Shown: positions 1-12,522 of the stretch, one piece after another
How the letters are laid out: each line of letters opens with the position of its first letter
Position numbering within the stretch: the first letter of the stretch is position 1
NCBI GenBank assembly: GCA_001643675.2
Contig: LSRY02000045.1
Coordinates: 746,775-810,774, forward strand
Length of the DNA stretch: 64,000 nt
Source of the DNA: Monocercomonoides exilis PA203
Taxonomy: Eukaryota; Protista; Preaxostyla
Direction of reading: 5' to 3'
Notes under the pieces: generated by a model
The model's database searches: none
What the model saw: the letters and a program-made list of their open reading frames with translations, nothing else
Told to the model about the DNA's origin: nothing
Position numbers and translations under genes: made by a program

Positions 1-1
1 A

Positions 2-3000
2 AAAATCGAGGCAACAGGAACAAAAACACAAGAAGCGTTGGTGATGAACAGTGTTTCATCAACATTGGCAGGGATACTGTTTGAATTGGGAGAATCGATT
101 GGAGATCGATCATCATTTGTTCATTCGACAAGTGGCACATTGAAATTTGCTGATTGTGGGATAAAGATGGGAAATGGAGTGGATGCAGTGAGTTATGAGT
201 TTGTGAGTGCAAGTGGAGGGACATTATCCATTTCAGGTTTTAGTATGACTCATGTGAAATTTGGAATGAATGCATTCATTGTTGTTGATGGAAATGGGGG
301 TGCTTCGATTAGGGATTCGTTGCTTGAGAGTGTGGAAACAACAAATATGAAGGGATTGATTGAGTATTCATCGTCATCAAGTTCATTGTCGATCGGGAAT
401 GTGACAGCACAAGAATGTGTGATGGGAGGGAAAGGACTGATATGGGATGATAATGGAAAGAAGCTGGGGATGAGGAATTGCACGATTATGAAAATGAGCA
501 GTTTGGAGGGAAATGGGAGTGTTGTGTGTGGAGAAGTTGGGGATGGATGTGCTGTTGAGGTGAATGAAGTTGTGATTGAAGGATGTGGAACATTGAAGGG
601 ATGTGGAGGAGGGATGGCAGTGATCTTGAAGGGAACAGGAGAAATGTGTTTGGGAAAGAGTGGAGTGGTGACATCGTTTGAGAAATGTTCAGCTGGTGGT
701 GAGGAATCAGTTGGGGGATATGGGGGAGGAGTGAATTTGGATTTGAGTGACAATTGTGTGAATAATTTTTTACTTTCAACATTGACATTCAAAGAGAATG
801 TTGCTGCTGAGGGAAGGGATTTGTTTATTTCGTGCAAGAAACTGAATGAAACAGTGACGAAGGAGAGGTTTGGATTTGAATACAAATATGAAAATGGAGA
901 AGGAGAAGGAGAAGGAGAAGGTCAGGCAGTTGACATGAAAGGGATTGACAGAGACCATTTTGCAGAGAATGTTGATCTTGAGCTGTTTCTTGTTGAAATG
1001 AAGGGAATGGAGGTGTGTGTGTCGAAGGAGGGGTATGACACATTGGGATGTGGGAGCGATGGACATCCGTGTGAATCGATGTGGAGTGGAATAAGTCACA
1101 TTGACAAAAGTGGGACAGAAGGAGAAAGGACAGTGAAAGTGAGGGATGAAGGGACAATTGAAGATGTTTATTCATTCACAGATGCACTTGTGATTGATGG
1201 ATGTGTGAATGAAGGAGATGAAACCAAACACAAGCCCGTTCATTTTGAAGGGACAATCAAAGAGAATTCAGCATTTGCTTCATCTGTTATTTCATCAACA
1301 GTATCACTCAGCTTGTTATCATTGAAATTGCAGATTCCAAGTCAATTTGAGCCAAATATGAATACACTGATCTCATCGAGTGGGGTTCTTCAACTCGAAA
1401 GCTGCATGTTTGAGATCCGATCATCAACAGATATTGTTCAATACTCATTAATATCCACAACAAGTGGAAGTTGCACATTGAAGGGATGCAGTTTAAAAGG
1501 GTCTTCATTCGCCAAATCACCATTGTTATTAGCTTCTTCTGTTTTGCTTGAAAACAGCAACTTTTCAAACATTGAGAATACTGGAAGCGGTGAAGGAGGT
1601 GTTGCAAGAGTGACATTAAAAAATGACGAAAATTTGATCATTAATTCAACAAATGCATCATTTTGCTCACTTTCATCAGGCAACGGAAAAGGAGGATTTC
1701 TTTATTTGGATTGCCAAAATTGTTTGAATGAGAGGCCATTTGTTTTTGATGCTGACGTAACTTTTAAGAATAACAATGCAGCCATTGGAAAGAATGTGTT
1801 CGTTTTGGGAAAGGATTTTAATTCTTCTGTGACAAATGACTCATTCAACTTCGATTATTCCTCAATGATAAATGATAAAACTCTGTTTGTTGGAAGTGAT
1901 GATTTTCATCATGAAAAGGATTTATTCATGTTCCTCATTCCATACAGCTCATTTGAGATATTTATCTCATCGAGTGGATTTGATGTGGCACGTTGCGGAA
2001 GCGAGGAAGAGCCATGCTTCACAATGTGGAAAGGGATGGAAAACATGAAAGATGAAGAAGGAAATAAAACCATTCAAATTGAAGGATCAACTGTTATTCG
2101 AGATTCATTCAACATGTCCAATTATCTGATAAAAAAGGATGCTAAGATGGGAGAAGAGAATGTGAAAGCCAAATTGAATTTTGAAAAGGCAGTTGGAAGT
2201 CAACTGGAATATTTCATGGTGAATAATATTCATTTTGAATTGACAAATATCCAACTCCAACTATCATCTGGATTTGACAACTCAGCCAAAACAATTATTT
2301 CAAACAGAGCTGACGAGTTGGTGATAAGTGGATGTGCATTCCATTCAGCAGCAGGAGTGAACAATGGATTTGATTGTGTATTTGTGGATGCGATCGGAGG
2401 CAGTGTGGAAGTGAATGATTTGTCAATGGAATCGTGCAATGTTGGAAACAGTATTTTTGTCATTCACGATGCTGGAATTACTTGCCATTTTGTGAATGTT
2501 CAAGTGGAATCGTTGAATGAAAGCAGAGAATGTCTTCTTCTGATCAATGGAACTGAATTAACAACAAAGTTAAATGAAGAATATGTAAATATCGAGATTG
2601 ATAATTCGTCATTTTCAGGAGTGAAGAGAAGTGACAATGGAGCAAGCATTTTGGAATCAAAGAGTGAGAATAAGATTTGTTTGGTTGTGAATTCGAGCAA
2701 CATCACAGAAGACAAAGCAGAAATGAGTGAAAAAGGAGGGGCGATATTCTTCACATTGGGTGCATCTGGATCAATGAAGACGATTGACTCAAATATTTGC
2801 TATTGCAGCTGCAGTATTTGTTCAGGGAAAGGAGGAGGGGTGTATCTGGCAACAAAGGAAAGAGGAGAATTGAAATTCACATTTGTGGGGATGAAGTTCA
2901 ATTCAAACACAGCAAGAGTGGGGAATGACATTTTCATTGAATGTTTCAACATCACATCTCAGATCAATGAAAGTCAATTTCAGTTTGATCTTCGAGAGAA

Positions 3001-5897
3001 TCATTACTCACGAATTAATGCAATATTTGGAAGAGATGAATGCATTTACACATATGACATTAATCTGATTGGATTTGTGACTATCCATCAGAGTGACACA
3101 ATTGTTGTGAGCAGTGCGGTTGGATCGAATGACAGACAATGTGGAACAAACACACTTCCTTGTGATTCAATTGAACGGGGTCTGATTCACTTGACATCGG
3201 AGCTGATAAGTCAAATACTCATTGTTGAAGAGAGTGTGATTGGAGAAGAAATAAATCTGAAGGAAATGAGTCTGAATTCGAAGAGCAGAGATTTTTGTGA
3301 AGTTGAAGTGAAATCTGGGATTGAAAAAACAAAGGATTCTTTGGTTTCAACAAGAGAAACAGTCTCATTGGTGAGAGTGAATTTTGTATTTGATTCGTAT
3401 TTCATCTCTTCACATGAATCACTGATATCACCAGAGAGAGGTATTCTTGAAGTGATGAATTGCTCTTTTTCATCAAAACAATCAGTGGAAGGTGAAAATG
3501 CTGAATTTGCAAATATACCATTTCACATTATAAACATGAAAAAAGGAGAATTACAACTTGATGGATGCTCAATATCAAATCTCATTCTTCATAAATCTTC
3601 AATATATCTATCATCATCACTTCCATCAGTGATTTATTTGTTTGAGATATTCAATTCAACAATAAAAACATCTCTGATAGATATTAATGAATGTGGACAA
3701 TTAAACATGGAAAAGTTTCATTCAGAAAATATCACAGTTGAGGGAAATGAAGAATCATTGATATCTTGCTTGTCAATGAAAACGACAATTCAATTTTCAA
3801 ATTGCACAATTGGTGGGGTCAGTTCAAACACCGCAAAAGGAAAATTGATGAAATTGGAGAATTGCACAGATGTGAAAATGGACAGTTGCGTTTTTGATGG
3901 GAGTTCAAAGAAAAGAAATGAGAAGAATTTGAATGAAGGGGAAGAGATGTGCAGATGGTCAGGATCTCTTGTGGATGTTGTGAAGAGTTTTGTGGTGATG
4001 AAAGACACAACAATCTGGAATTCACCAGAAGGTGGAATCACTATGGGTGGAGGAAATGTGAATATTGAGATGGGGTTATTTGAGAACAACAATCCTTTCA
4101 TTGAAAAATATCCATCATTGAGAAGAAACATCATCTGTTCAGATTCAGGAACATTGAATGTGATGAGTTTGAAAGGAGGAGATGGATGGAAGGATAACAC
4201 GTCTTTTTGGATGTTGAATGAAGGGTGCAGTTTTGAGGGGATTGTTTCTGAGAGAGATTCATCATTCTTCATTCCTATTCTGGAGAGTGTGGAAGCAAAA
4301 GAAGAGGAAAATAGAATGAAGCTGATATTCAAAGGAATGCTTCTTGTTCCATGCAATCTGTCATTTTCAGTTGTGAAGAAGAAGGGAGAAGAGAAAGAGA
4401 TTGAAAAACATGATTTTGATTCAAATGGATTCTTATCGGAAAGAGAAGCAGAAGGAAGTGTTGGAAAGGATCTAATCAGCAATTGTGGAGATGAAATCGA
4501 AGTGAGCGTGCATATTTTGTTTGGAAAAGCAGAATCTCCATCATCAACTCGGTCATTCATTCTGAAGAATGCAAGCGAAGCAAAGACAAATGGAGATGAA
4601 AGAATTGTTGAAGGAGGAAAAGAGGGGAAATCTTATTGGATTATCATTGTTGTTGTGTTGATTGTGATATTATTGGTTGTTCTGATTGTATCTATTGTTG
4701 CGACCATCCGCTGGAGAAAAGCAAAGAAAGAGAACAAAGATTTGAGAGAGATTGTGAATGATAACATCAGAAAGGATCCGAAGGCGTTTGAGATGGTGAC
4801 GATGGAGATGTCACCAGAGGCGCAGCGGAGGAGAGAAGAGAAGGAGAATGAAGAGAATGCAAAGAAGAGGGTGTTTGTGAAAACAATGGTGCATTCGGAG
4901 TCAGAAGAGTGTTTGCTGAGTGAGAGTGGATCGACAGAATATATTCTTGGAAAGGATTCAGATGAGATTCCTGATTGGGCATTGGAGGAAGTGGATGAGA
5001 AGGAGATGGAGGAAGAAGAGATAAGGAAGAGATCACTATCACCATCTATTTCATCCACAGGCACAGAAACCACATTTGTGCAAATTGAAGATGTGAGTCC
5101 AACAACCTCATCGATGTCGAATCTGGTGGATGCAATTGCCTGTTCAACTCCACATGAGAAGCTGATTGTGGATCTGAGGGATTCGCTGTTCATGCTGTTG
5201 CATGGGCTGAACAAGACAAAGGAGATGGCGATAGGCACATTGAAGGAAAGAGAGCAGACAGCAGCAGAAGTGCTGCTGCTGGTGGCGAATCTGGCGCTCC
5301 ACTCGTTTGACGAGATGGAAGTTCAGCTTTCGTCTCTGGAGAATCTGAGTCCGCACATTGTTCTGTTTTCGGAGCACATGGTGATCTGCATTGCACTCCA
5401 CTCGGACTGTTCGTCAGATGATGACTCAGATTCTTCATCCACCTCTTCATCAACTGTTGTAACATCTGAAAGTGATGATGATGATGATGATGATAGTGAC
5501 TCTCTTCCCTCATCAGCATTTGAGGATGAGCCCGACAACTGGAATGAGTGTTTGAGATGGAAGGCGCCAGAGCTGCAGATGAAGAGGAAGATGGGAGCAA
5601 CGAAGGAGTCGGTTGTGTTTTCGATGGGGATGATGCTGTGGGAGATTCTGAGTTTGCAGATTCCGTTTGGGGAGTATTCAGCAGAGGTGGCAGGATGGAA
5701 GATAAAAGAAGGGGAGCTGCCGAGCATGTATTTGGTTGAGGGATCGTCATTGGGAGGGATTGTGCGCTGTTGCACATCGCGGGATGCAGCAGAGCGGATG
5801 GGTTTGGCAGATCTGAAGCGAGAGTTCGTTCGACACATTCCTGCAGGAGCCATGATAATGACGATTTCGGATGCGATTATCGAGGAAGGGGGAACAT

Positions 5898-5935
<38 letters not shown>

Positions 5936-6043
5936 TATGAAGAGGGAAACATGGTGATGCAGAGAGCTTGCGAAGTGGAGAAAGTGATGAAGGAAGAGGG
6001 AAAGGAAGATACTGGGGAAGAAGTGGATCACAATGAAAAATAG
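2..6043 (+). CDS. Giant single-pass surface receptor-like protein (Pmp-like/beta-helix repeat ectodomain, TM helix, C-terminal pseudokinase); 5'-truncated by the window edge
   Basis: The frame is open from nt 2 (KIEATGTKTQEALVMNS...), matching the paralog's GTGTKTQEALVMNS. Modules begin GxDxxxCGxxxxPC (GYDTLGCGSDGHPC, GFDVARCGSEEEPC, GSNDRQCGTNTLPC) and carry GG(A/G)(I/V) and FxxN motifs. TM is IIIVVVLIVILLVVLIVSIVATI followed by RWRK. Kinase C-lobe remnants are LRWKAPE and VFSMGMMLWEIL..IPF; no HRD or DFG is seen. Confidence 0.85.
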
Positions 6044-6817
6044 CATTCACTCAATTTAACTAATTTGCTGTTTTATTTTTTGACAAAGTGTTTTGTTAGA
6101 CTTTTTTTTAAATGTGTTGAAATTGGCAATTGTTTAATTTTTATTTCAGATTAATGCTCAGTATTTGAAATGATTATGTAATAATATGAAATTTTTGATT
6201 TTTTGTTGGACATTTATTTTTTGTCTGTCTGTCTGTCTGTCTGTTGATATTTAACGATTCAACAAGAATTGATATCCAGTGACAATTTTTGTTTTGATGA
6301 ATGGAGAAAGTCTCATTTTTGGAGTGTTTGAAATGTGAATGATCACATTTTGTTCGGTTTGTTTGAGATTTGTGCAAACAGAGCAGATTTTGTTTTTAAA
6401 GAGTGATTGATAAATCCAGTTTATTTTTTTCTTTTTTTTAATAATCACTTAGAATGTATTTTTGTGATTTTGATATTTCAATTTCAAATCCTTGTTGAAA
6501 GCCAAATCTTATTTGTTGAATATTTTTATATCTATTTATGTGTATGTATTTATCCTTTTTTGTATGTTTTTATTTTTGGCTCAATCATCGCTTTATGGAG
6601 ATATTTGTATGTATTTTTCAAACATATTTTTTTTTTTTTGCTTGTTTCCTTCACAATAATGTTTATTTTTTTGGCAATCTGTTTTCGCTGCTTGCTTTAA
6701 TCAAATGAAGCACAAATCAATCATCGTTCATTGCATTCATTTCAAATGAATATGATTATTTATTTGTCCATATTCCTTTTGTTTGCATGGAATAAAAAAT
6801 ATGAAGAAAAAGAAAAG

Positions 6818-6849
<32 letters not shown>

Positions 6850-8445
6850 GAAAAAGATATTGTTATTGTTTCCTCCTATTCGTACACATCACAAATTGGT
6901 TTTTCGATGCTGATGATAAATATCCATCTCGTTTGGAAATAAAATGAACTTCTCAGGCGTTCCATCTTTCTCTTTCAAGCAATAATTCCTCTTCATTCTG
7001 GTTTCAGCTTTTGTAATGTGCTTGCAAAATCATTCAACATCCTTTCATATCATTGCATCATTTCTCCTCATCTCCATGTTATTCATTCGCCTCTATCTTT
7101 CATCAAATCGTGCATTGCAAAAAAGAAAAGAAGAGAAGAAGAAAAAAAATGAAAAGTACAAAATGATCTCTTCACTGTTCAAAAGGGCTGCTGCAGATTC
7201 GAAGAACCAATCAAATTCAGATGGACTGTCTCAAGAATAATTTGCCCGTCATCCATCTTTGTCTCATTCATCAACACCTCATCAGCCGCACTTTCCATGG
7301 AGACATCGCAGCTGGATGCCATTGTTCCAGACAATTGAACAAGCAGTTTCTTTCATTGATGGATCTGATAGCCATCGCAGAGTATTCTGTTTGGAGCTCC
7401 CTCACACAACCACATGGGCTGTAATAAGTTGGCTTCATTATTCAAGATCACCACGCCTGCATTCCATCTGTCTTTCGTTTGTTCATGATCTCCTTCATTT
7501 TCAGAAGATGGAGTTCATCGTGAGGATGTGAAATTGAGTGCGCCTGTGTAAACAGTCGAGGATGGCACAAAAGGCAGATTCACTTTCTTATTGAAAGATA
7601 TGAAAAGGCATTGACTCCAACTATTGTGGAAGTCGTGAAGAAGAATGAAGACCCCACAATCCGTAATACAATTTGAATAACTTTGTGAGCAATAAAAAAC
7701 ATTTTTGTGTTTGTTGAATTCGAAGGAACTTGTCATTGATGTTTGAGAGAGCGACATTGTTGGTGCTTTTTAAGAGGAAAATGACTGAATAGCAGCGGAT
7801 TATGAGAGTTTCCTTGTTTTGTAACCAGTCAAAAAGGAGTGGATGTTTAAATGAAGACCATCTGGTGATGTGGAAGAGAAAGAAAAGGAAGGATAAAAAG
7901 TGAAAGGATGACAAAAAATAATTCTTTTTTGCAGAAAAGTCTGAGTGCATCAGAAAGAGAAGATGATTTTTTTATGTGCTTCATCTTCGCACACACACGT
8001 GGAAAGGATGGCAGGAGAGTTCGAGTTGATGTTGAAGTTGAACAGGTGGAGACTGATATTTTACGAGATTTGTGAAGCATGTGTGAGAGTTTGTGAAGTG
8101 GAAATAGATTCAAGTGTTAACCAGAAGGAATAGTAATATAAGTATTTTCTACAAACTTTGCTCAAGGCTCTTTGAAACAATCTGGAATTTATTTTTCAAT
8201 CTTTTTCTGTGAAATGGCAGTTTGTCACATTCAACAATGGAGTCTTCAATTGTTCTGCATTTAAGATGCTTTCTGATAACGAAATTGAATTTCTTCCACT
8301 TTTGATAAATGATGAAATCGAGGATGTTTCAATTGTTTTTCTTTCTGAGTCAAAACATTGTAAATGGTAATGAAAGTTCAGATGAAGCACTTTTAAAAGA
8401 TGGAAGGTGTCGAATCGGTGTCAATTAAAAAGAAAAATGGCAAAG

Positions 8446-8503
8446 ATTCGCAATAGAGCGAATATACGAACGCAAGAAGCAAATTTGTTCCTCGATAATG
8501 AGT
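8446..8503. repeat. Left inverted terminal repeat of the DIRS element
   Basis: ATTCGCAATAGAGCGAATATACGAACGCAAGAAGCAAATTTGTTCCTCGATAATGAGT; its reverse complement matches 12523-12580 at 49/58 positions. Confidence 0.85.
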
Positions 8504-9135
8504 ATTGATAATAAAGTGAAGGTGGTTTTGGATCAAACTTCACCAATACTCACTTTTTCTGGAACATCATTATCCACAGTCGGAATGGAATCGACTTTCG
8601 GAAATAGCAAATGGGCATAGGAGCAGAGAGGGAGAAAGGAGAGAGAGTTTAGAGAGAAGAGAGATCCGTGCTTTGCAGCATGACAGAGAAAGAGGAGAGA
8701 TTGTCAGGCTCCAGCGAAATGACTATACAACAAAAAACCGCAGCTCATTGCGATATGAAATTTAAGACGGAAGTGCCTTAACAGAACGAGAATATCAGAA
8801 ATGCGGTGACCGTGTTCGATCGTGAGAAGATAATTGAACAAGAATCATCGAGAGATCACGAGATTGAAATATGAAAAGAGATGACAGAAGAAGACCCCGC
8901 ATATCCCAGAGTGATGGGACAGATGAACGAGATGAGGAACAAGAAGGAGAAAGAGAATGGAGCCTGAAGAGCTTCTGGGACTGTTATTGAGTCCCCAATT
9001 GTGAGCGCCCTGGAGGTGACCTCAAAGACAGCTCTTGTATAAATTCTCGAATGAGAAGAGAATGCACAAATGCAGTGTGGCCACAAGACTCCAGAAGTGA
9101 AGTGGAGCATAGCGATCGGATAACCGAAGGAATCA

Positions 9136-10226
9136 CTGCCTGGGAGACTAGTGAACAGGCTGAGCGAGTGGAAGAAGATTGAGGGAGACAAACTAGTGAA
9201 CCGTGGTATAAGAGTTCGATGGAAAAGTTCCCAGTCCCCAATCATACTCGAGGAGAGAAGACACAGACAGGAGTTAAGGGGGACGATGAAAATGAAGAAC
9301 AATTATTTATCCCTCTTGGAGGAGGAATTGAAGGACGGAGTGGTGAAGCCCGTGCAGGAGTCGGAGGTGAAGTGGTTCAACCCGACATTCATGGTGCGAA
9401 AGAAGAACGGGAAGTGGAGAAAGATCTTGGACTGCAGAGTTCTAAACGAGGAAGTGTAGGGAAAACACTTCAAGATGGATTTCCAGGAAACAGTGGTGGA
9501 ACTCCTGGAGGAGAACGACTGGATGACAATACTGGACATATCGAGTGCATACCAGCATGTAAAGGAGGACGAGCAATTCAGTCCCTATCTGTGTTTCAGC
9601 TTTCAAAGTCAATGCTACGCTCACGTGTGGATGCCATTTGGAGCGAAAGATGCGCTTAGAATATTGACAAAAATAATGGGACGGGAGGCGTCATATATCA
9701 GAGAAAAGTGGAAAGCGAAGCTAGTAATTTATCTGGACGACATTCTCCTCATGCACCCAGACAGTGAAGTTTTGAGATCGATCTCACAGGAGATTGCCCA
9801 GTTCCTGAGGAGTCTGGGGTGGATACTATCGGAAGAGAAACTGAACTTGGAACCCACAAGGAGCGTGGAGTTTCTGGAATGGCTGTGGAACTCGGAGAAG
9901 ATGGAAGTGACGCTCCAAGAGAGGAAGAGAGTGTTGCTGCAAGAGGATGTGCGAATGTGGATAACACTGGCAAAGAAGAGAAAGAGACAGAAGACGAGAG
10001 ACTTAGCAGCACTCCTCGGGAAGCTGAATTTTGTGAGACTGCAACACCCGCCAGCGATCTTGTGGATGACGAGGATGCAATATGTGCTGAGGCAGGCGAT
10101 AGCCCGCGGAGGCTGGAAGGGATTCGTGATAGTCAACCCAATGATACTGGGAGAATTAACACACTGGAGAAAGATCCCACAATCAACAGACCGAGGTGTC
10201 TGAAGAGAAGGAACAGACCAGCATAA
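9136..10226 (+). pseudogene. DIRS reverse transcriptase (disrupted)
   Basis: PGRL..W..I; FNPTFMVRKKNGKWRKILDCRVLN; TILDISSAYQHV; MPFG; VIYLDDILL. An in-frame TAG at 9457-9459 separates ORFs 9151 and 9475 (same frame); a frameshift occurs near 10170-10200. Confidence 0.9.
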
Positions 10227-11060
10227 CAAACAACGGACTCGTCAAAGCTGTGATGGGGTTCTATGTAAACAGTTCCGATGGGGAACAAAGACGAGAAGAT
10301 ATATGTCCACGGAAGTTGGACACCCCGGGAGAGCATGCAAGCAGTCAACGAGAAGGAGTCCAGAGCAGTGTTGAGGACTTTTGAAAGGAAAGGAGCATGG
10401 CTGCAACAACAGAAGATAGATCATATTCGTCTGAAGACATACAATATGTCCACGAGATGGACAATCCAGAAGAAGAGAGGAGCGCTATCACTCATTCCAA
10501 CACTGAGAGCACTGGAGAAGAAACTGAACAGCCTGGACATGACTATACAGACGGAACACCTCCCGGGAGAGCAGAACACGGAAGCAGATGCACTCAGCCG
10601 GATGGCGAAAAAGCCGGACTATGCACTGAGGGTGGAGAAAGTCGCAGAGATATTTCAGACAATCGCACCGAGAATACTAGATACCATTTTAGAACAGATT
10701 GTGCCGGTGCCCTGCGGAAGTACTTGGAGACTATCCTCCGTGAGAAGGAAGAAAGAGAGAGGAACTCCAGAAGACGACATAGTGCTAGTCCACCCGTTCC
10801 TGAGAAACATTGGACGAGTGATGAAAGAGAAGATGAACGAAGCTCAGAGGGATCTGACGATTCTGATTCTGCAATCCTGGTGGAGGCAGACCTGGACCCT
10901 GCAACTGCAGCCTGGGCATTCGATAAAGACCCTGGGGACCTTTCAGGAGTGCATGATACTGGGAGCGAAGATGAGAAGGGAAGGCTGGAAATTACCCCCA
11001 GGAGAGGTGATATGCGTCGCACTGGAGAAGAAAATATCAAAGGAAGAGACCTCTTCCTAA
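10221..11060 (+). pseudogene. DIRS RNase H plus N6-adenine-methyltransferase-like domain (disrupted)
   Basis: TTDSSKL*WG (the TDAS..GWG motif with TGA at 10251), VNEKESRAV, EHLPGEQNTEADALSR (RNase H). Then VLVHPFLRNIGRVMKEK...ILILQSWWRQTW, resembling the DIRS MT domain with a degenerate xPP motif. Stops at 10224, 10251 and 10266. Confidence 0.8.
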
Positions 11061-12463
11061 CATGTGGAGAACACGTTGGAGCAAGAGATATAGCAGCAGC
11101 AACACTTGGAAATCAAAAGAGCGAAAGAGATACGTGGAGAGTACTGCGAAGATTTAAACAATTCTTGGATAGAGAGAGCATGGATGACATTGACACCCTC
11201 GCATCCAGAGATGCCAAATGGATTATGGAAGAGTTCACTGAAACACTCTCGAATACTGACCTGTCAAGTGGAGTGATTTGTCAGACAGTTCGGAAAGTAC
11301 TGGATTCCATTAACCTATTCAGAGAGACGAATATTGATGTGAAAGACATAGAGATATTTCTAAAAACCTATGTGGGGGAGAAACCAAGAAGAGGCAAACG
11401 ATACAAATCGACGTGGGACTTGACAATCATCACGAAATGGGCTGAAGCCACTCACGATATGAAAGACCCACAGACCCTCCAGAGGAGAGCCCTCATTCTC
11501 ACTATGATCTTTGGTGCCCTAAGGCCAGCAGAGCTGGAAAGAATGAGAAGAGAGACAACAACATTTAAAGATAACTCTATCCAAACACAGGTACGAACCA
11601 AGACGTCGGGAGGTGAGATTATCAAAGTTATAATACGGAAACACCCCAACCCACGTATCGATGCAGTTGAGGCTCTCCAACACTGGATGGACTATACGAA
11701 GACGACCTTTAAGAGCGAACATGTGTGGTTCGACATAGAAGGGAGAAGACCCGCTAACCCACAGAAGATCAAAGAAGAACTAACGGCAACTTTGAGAGAG
11801 AACGAAATACCCGAAACTCTCACAGCGTTCTCGATTGGACATGCAGCGATAACACACTTAGCCAGACAACAAGATGCAGATTGGAAAGCAATCAATGCGT
11901 ATGCGAGATGGGATCTCGGTTCAAGAGTGGCACAGGAATATGAAACCGTGTTACCGGTTCAAGACACAAAATGGATTCTGGAGACAATCGGTGGCCCAGT
12001 ACCCCTGGCAGAGAAGGGAGGAAAGTCGGAGAAGGACAGCAAAGGAAAAGAAATTTCAAATGAGAATACAGAATCTGAAACTAAGGAGTTACCTGAAGAA
12101 ACATCACAATCCGGGGGAGAAGCGGAGACGAGCGAGAGAAAGAATTCGAAGAGACAAGGGCCGACTCGAGAGAAGAGTTCGCATCATGAGAACGATATAG
12201 CACAACTCCCCAAGGGTGATGAGACACCCTCCATAATTCCCCGCTGCATTATGGAGCTTACGGAGGGTAGACAAACTGCCTTGCAGAAGAAGCTCGAAAC
12301 CGATCGGGGAAAACGCGGAGAGAGAAGCATAGGACAAATTGTCATGCCCGCTCGAGTACAGAAGACCCGATCGAGAACCCCCCGAAAACATTCCAAGAGA
12401 GGGAGGGAGAAGAGACAGGGGCCGCACTTTCATCCGCAGGCTCTCTGTTCATCCAACGCATGA
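10397..12463 (+). CDS. DIRS tyrosine recombinase ORF (probably inactive)
   Basis: LILTMIFGALRPAEL (catalytic Arg), RTKT (Lys), AFSIGHAAIT (the expected H/YxxR box has Gly at the Arg position), ARW...AQEY (Trp and Tyr region). Overlaps the RNase H/MT frame by 664 nt. Confidence 0.8.
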   Translation: MAATTEDRSYSSEDIQYVHEMDNPEEERSAITHSNTESTGEETEQPGHDYTDGTPPGRAEHGSRCTQPDGEKAGLCTEGGESRRDISDNRTENTRYHFRTDCAGALRKYLETILREKEERERNSRRRHSASPPVPEKHWTSDEREDERSSEGSDDSDSAILVEADLDPATAAWAFDKDPGDLSGVHDTGSEDEKGRLEITPRRGDMRRTGEENIKGRDLFLTCGEHVGARDIAAATLGNQKSERDTWRVLRRFKQFLDRESMDDIDTLASRDAKWIMEEFTETLSNTDLSSGVICQTVRKVLDSINLFRETNIDVKDIEIFLKTYVGEKPRRGKRYKSTWDLTIITKWAEATHDMKDPQTLQRRALILTMIFGALRPAELERMRRETTTFKDNSIQTQVRTKTSGGEIIKVIIRKHPNPRIDAVEALQHWMDYTKTTFKSEHVWFDIEGRRPANPQKIKEELTATLRENEIPETLTAFSIGHAAITHLARQQDADWKAINAYARWDLGSRVAQEYETVLPVQDTKWILETIGGPVPLAEKGGKSEKDSKGKEISNENTESETKELPEETSQSGGEAETSERKNSKRQGPTREKSSHHENDIAQLPKGDETPSIIPRCIMELTEGRQTALQKKLETDRGKRGERSIGQIVMPARVQKTRSRTPRKHSKRGREKRQGPHFHPQALCSSNA

Positions 12464-12522
12464 TATTGTGCAAGGCAGGAAGGTTTAAGATCAGAAGAGA
12501 AAAAAGAGTGAGGGATTTCAGA

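Noticed and set aside
7515-7757. DCGVFIL in a short minus-strand ORF, resembling the Ulp1/SENP protease catalytic Cys motif
   Set aside because: No upstream His/Asp motifs or QxNxxDCG context, and the surrounding region has stops in all frames; at most an unrecognisable relic.
9457-10268. In-frame TAG/TAA in the DIRS pol region as evidence of a TAR=Gln genetic code or programmed readthrough
   Set aside because: TGA stops and a frameshift also occur, multi-kb host ORFs contain no internal TAA/TAG, and host genes end in TAG or TAA; ordinary decay explains it.
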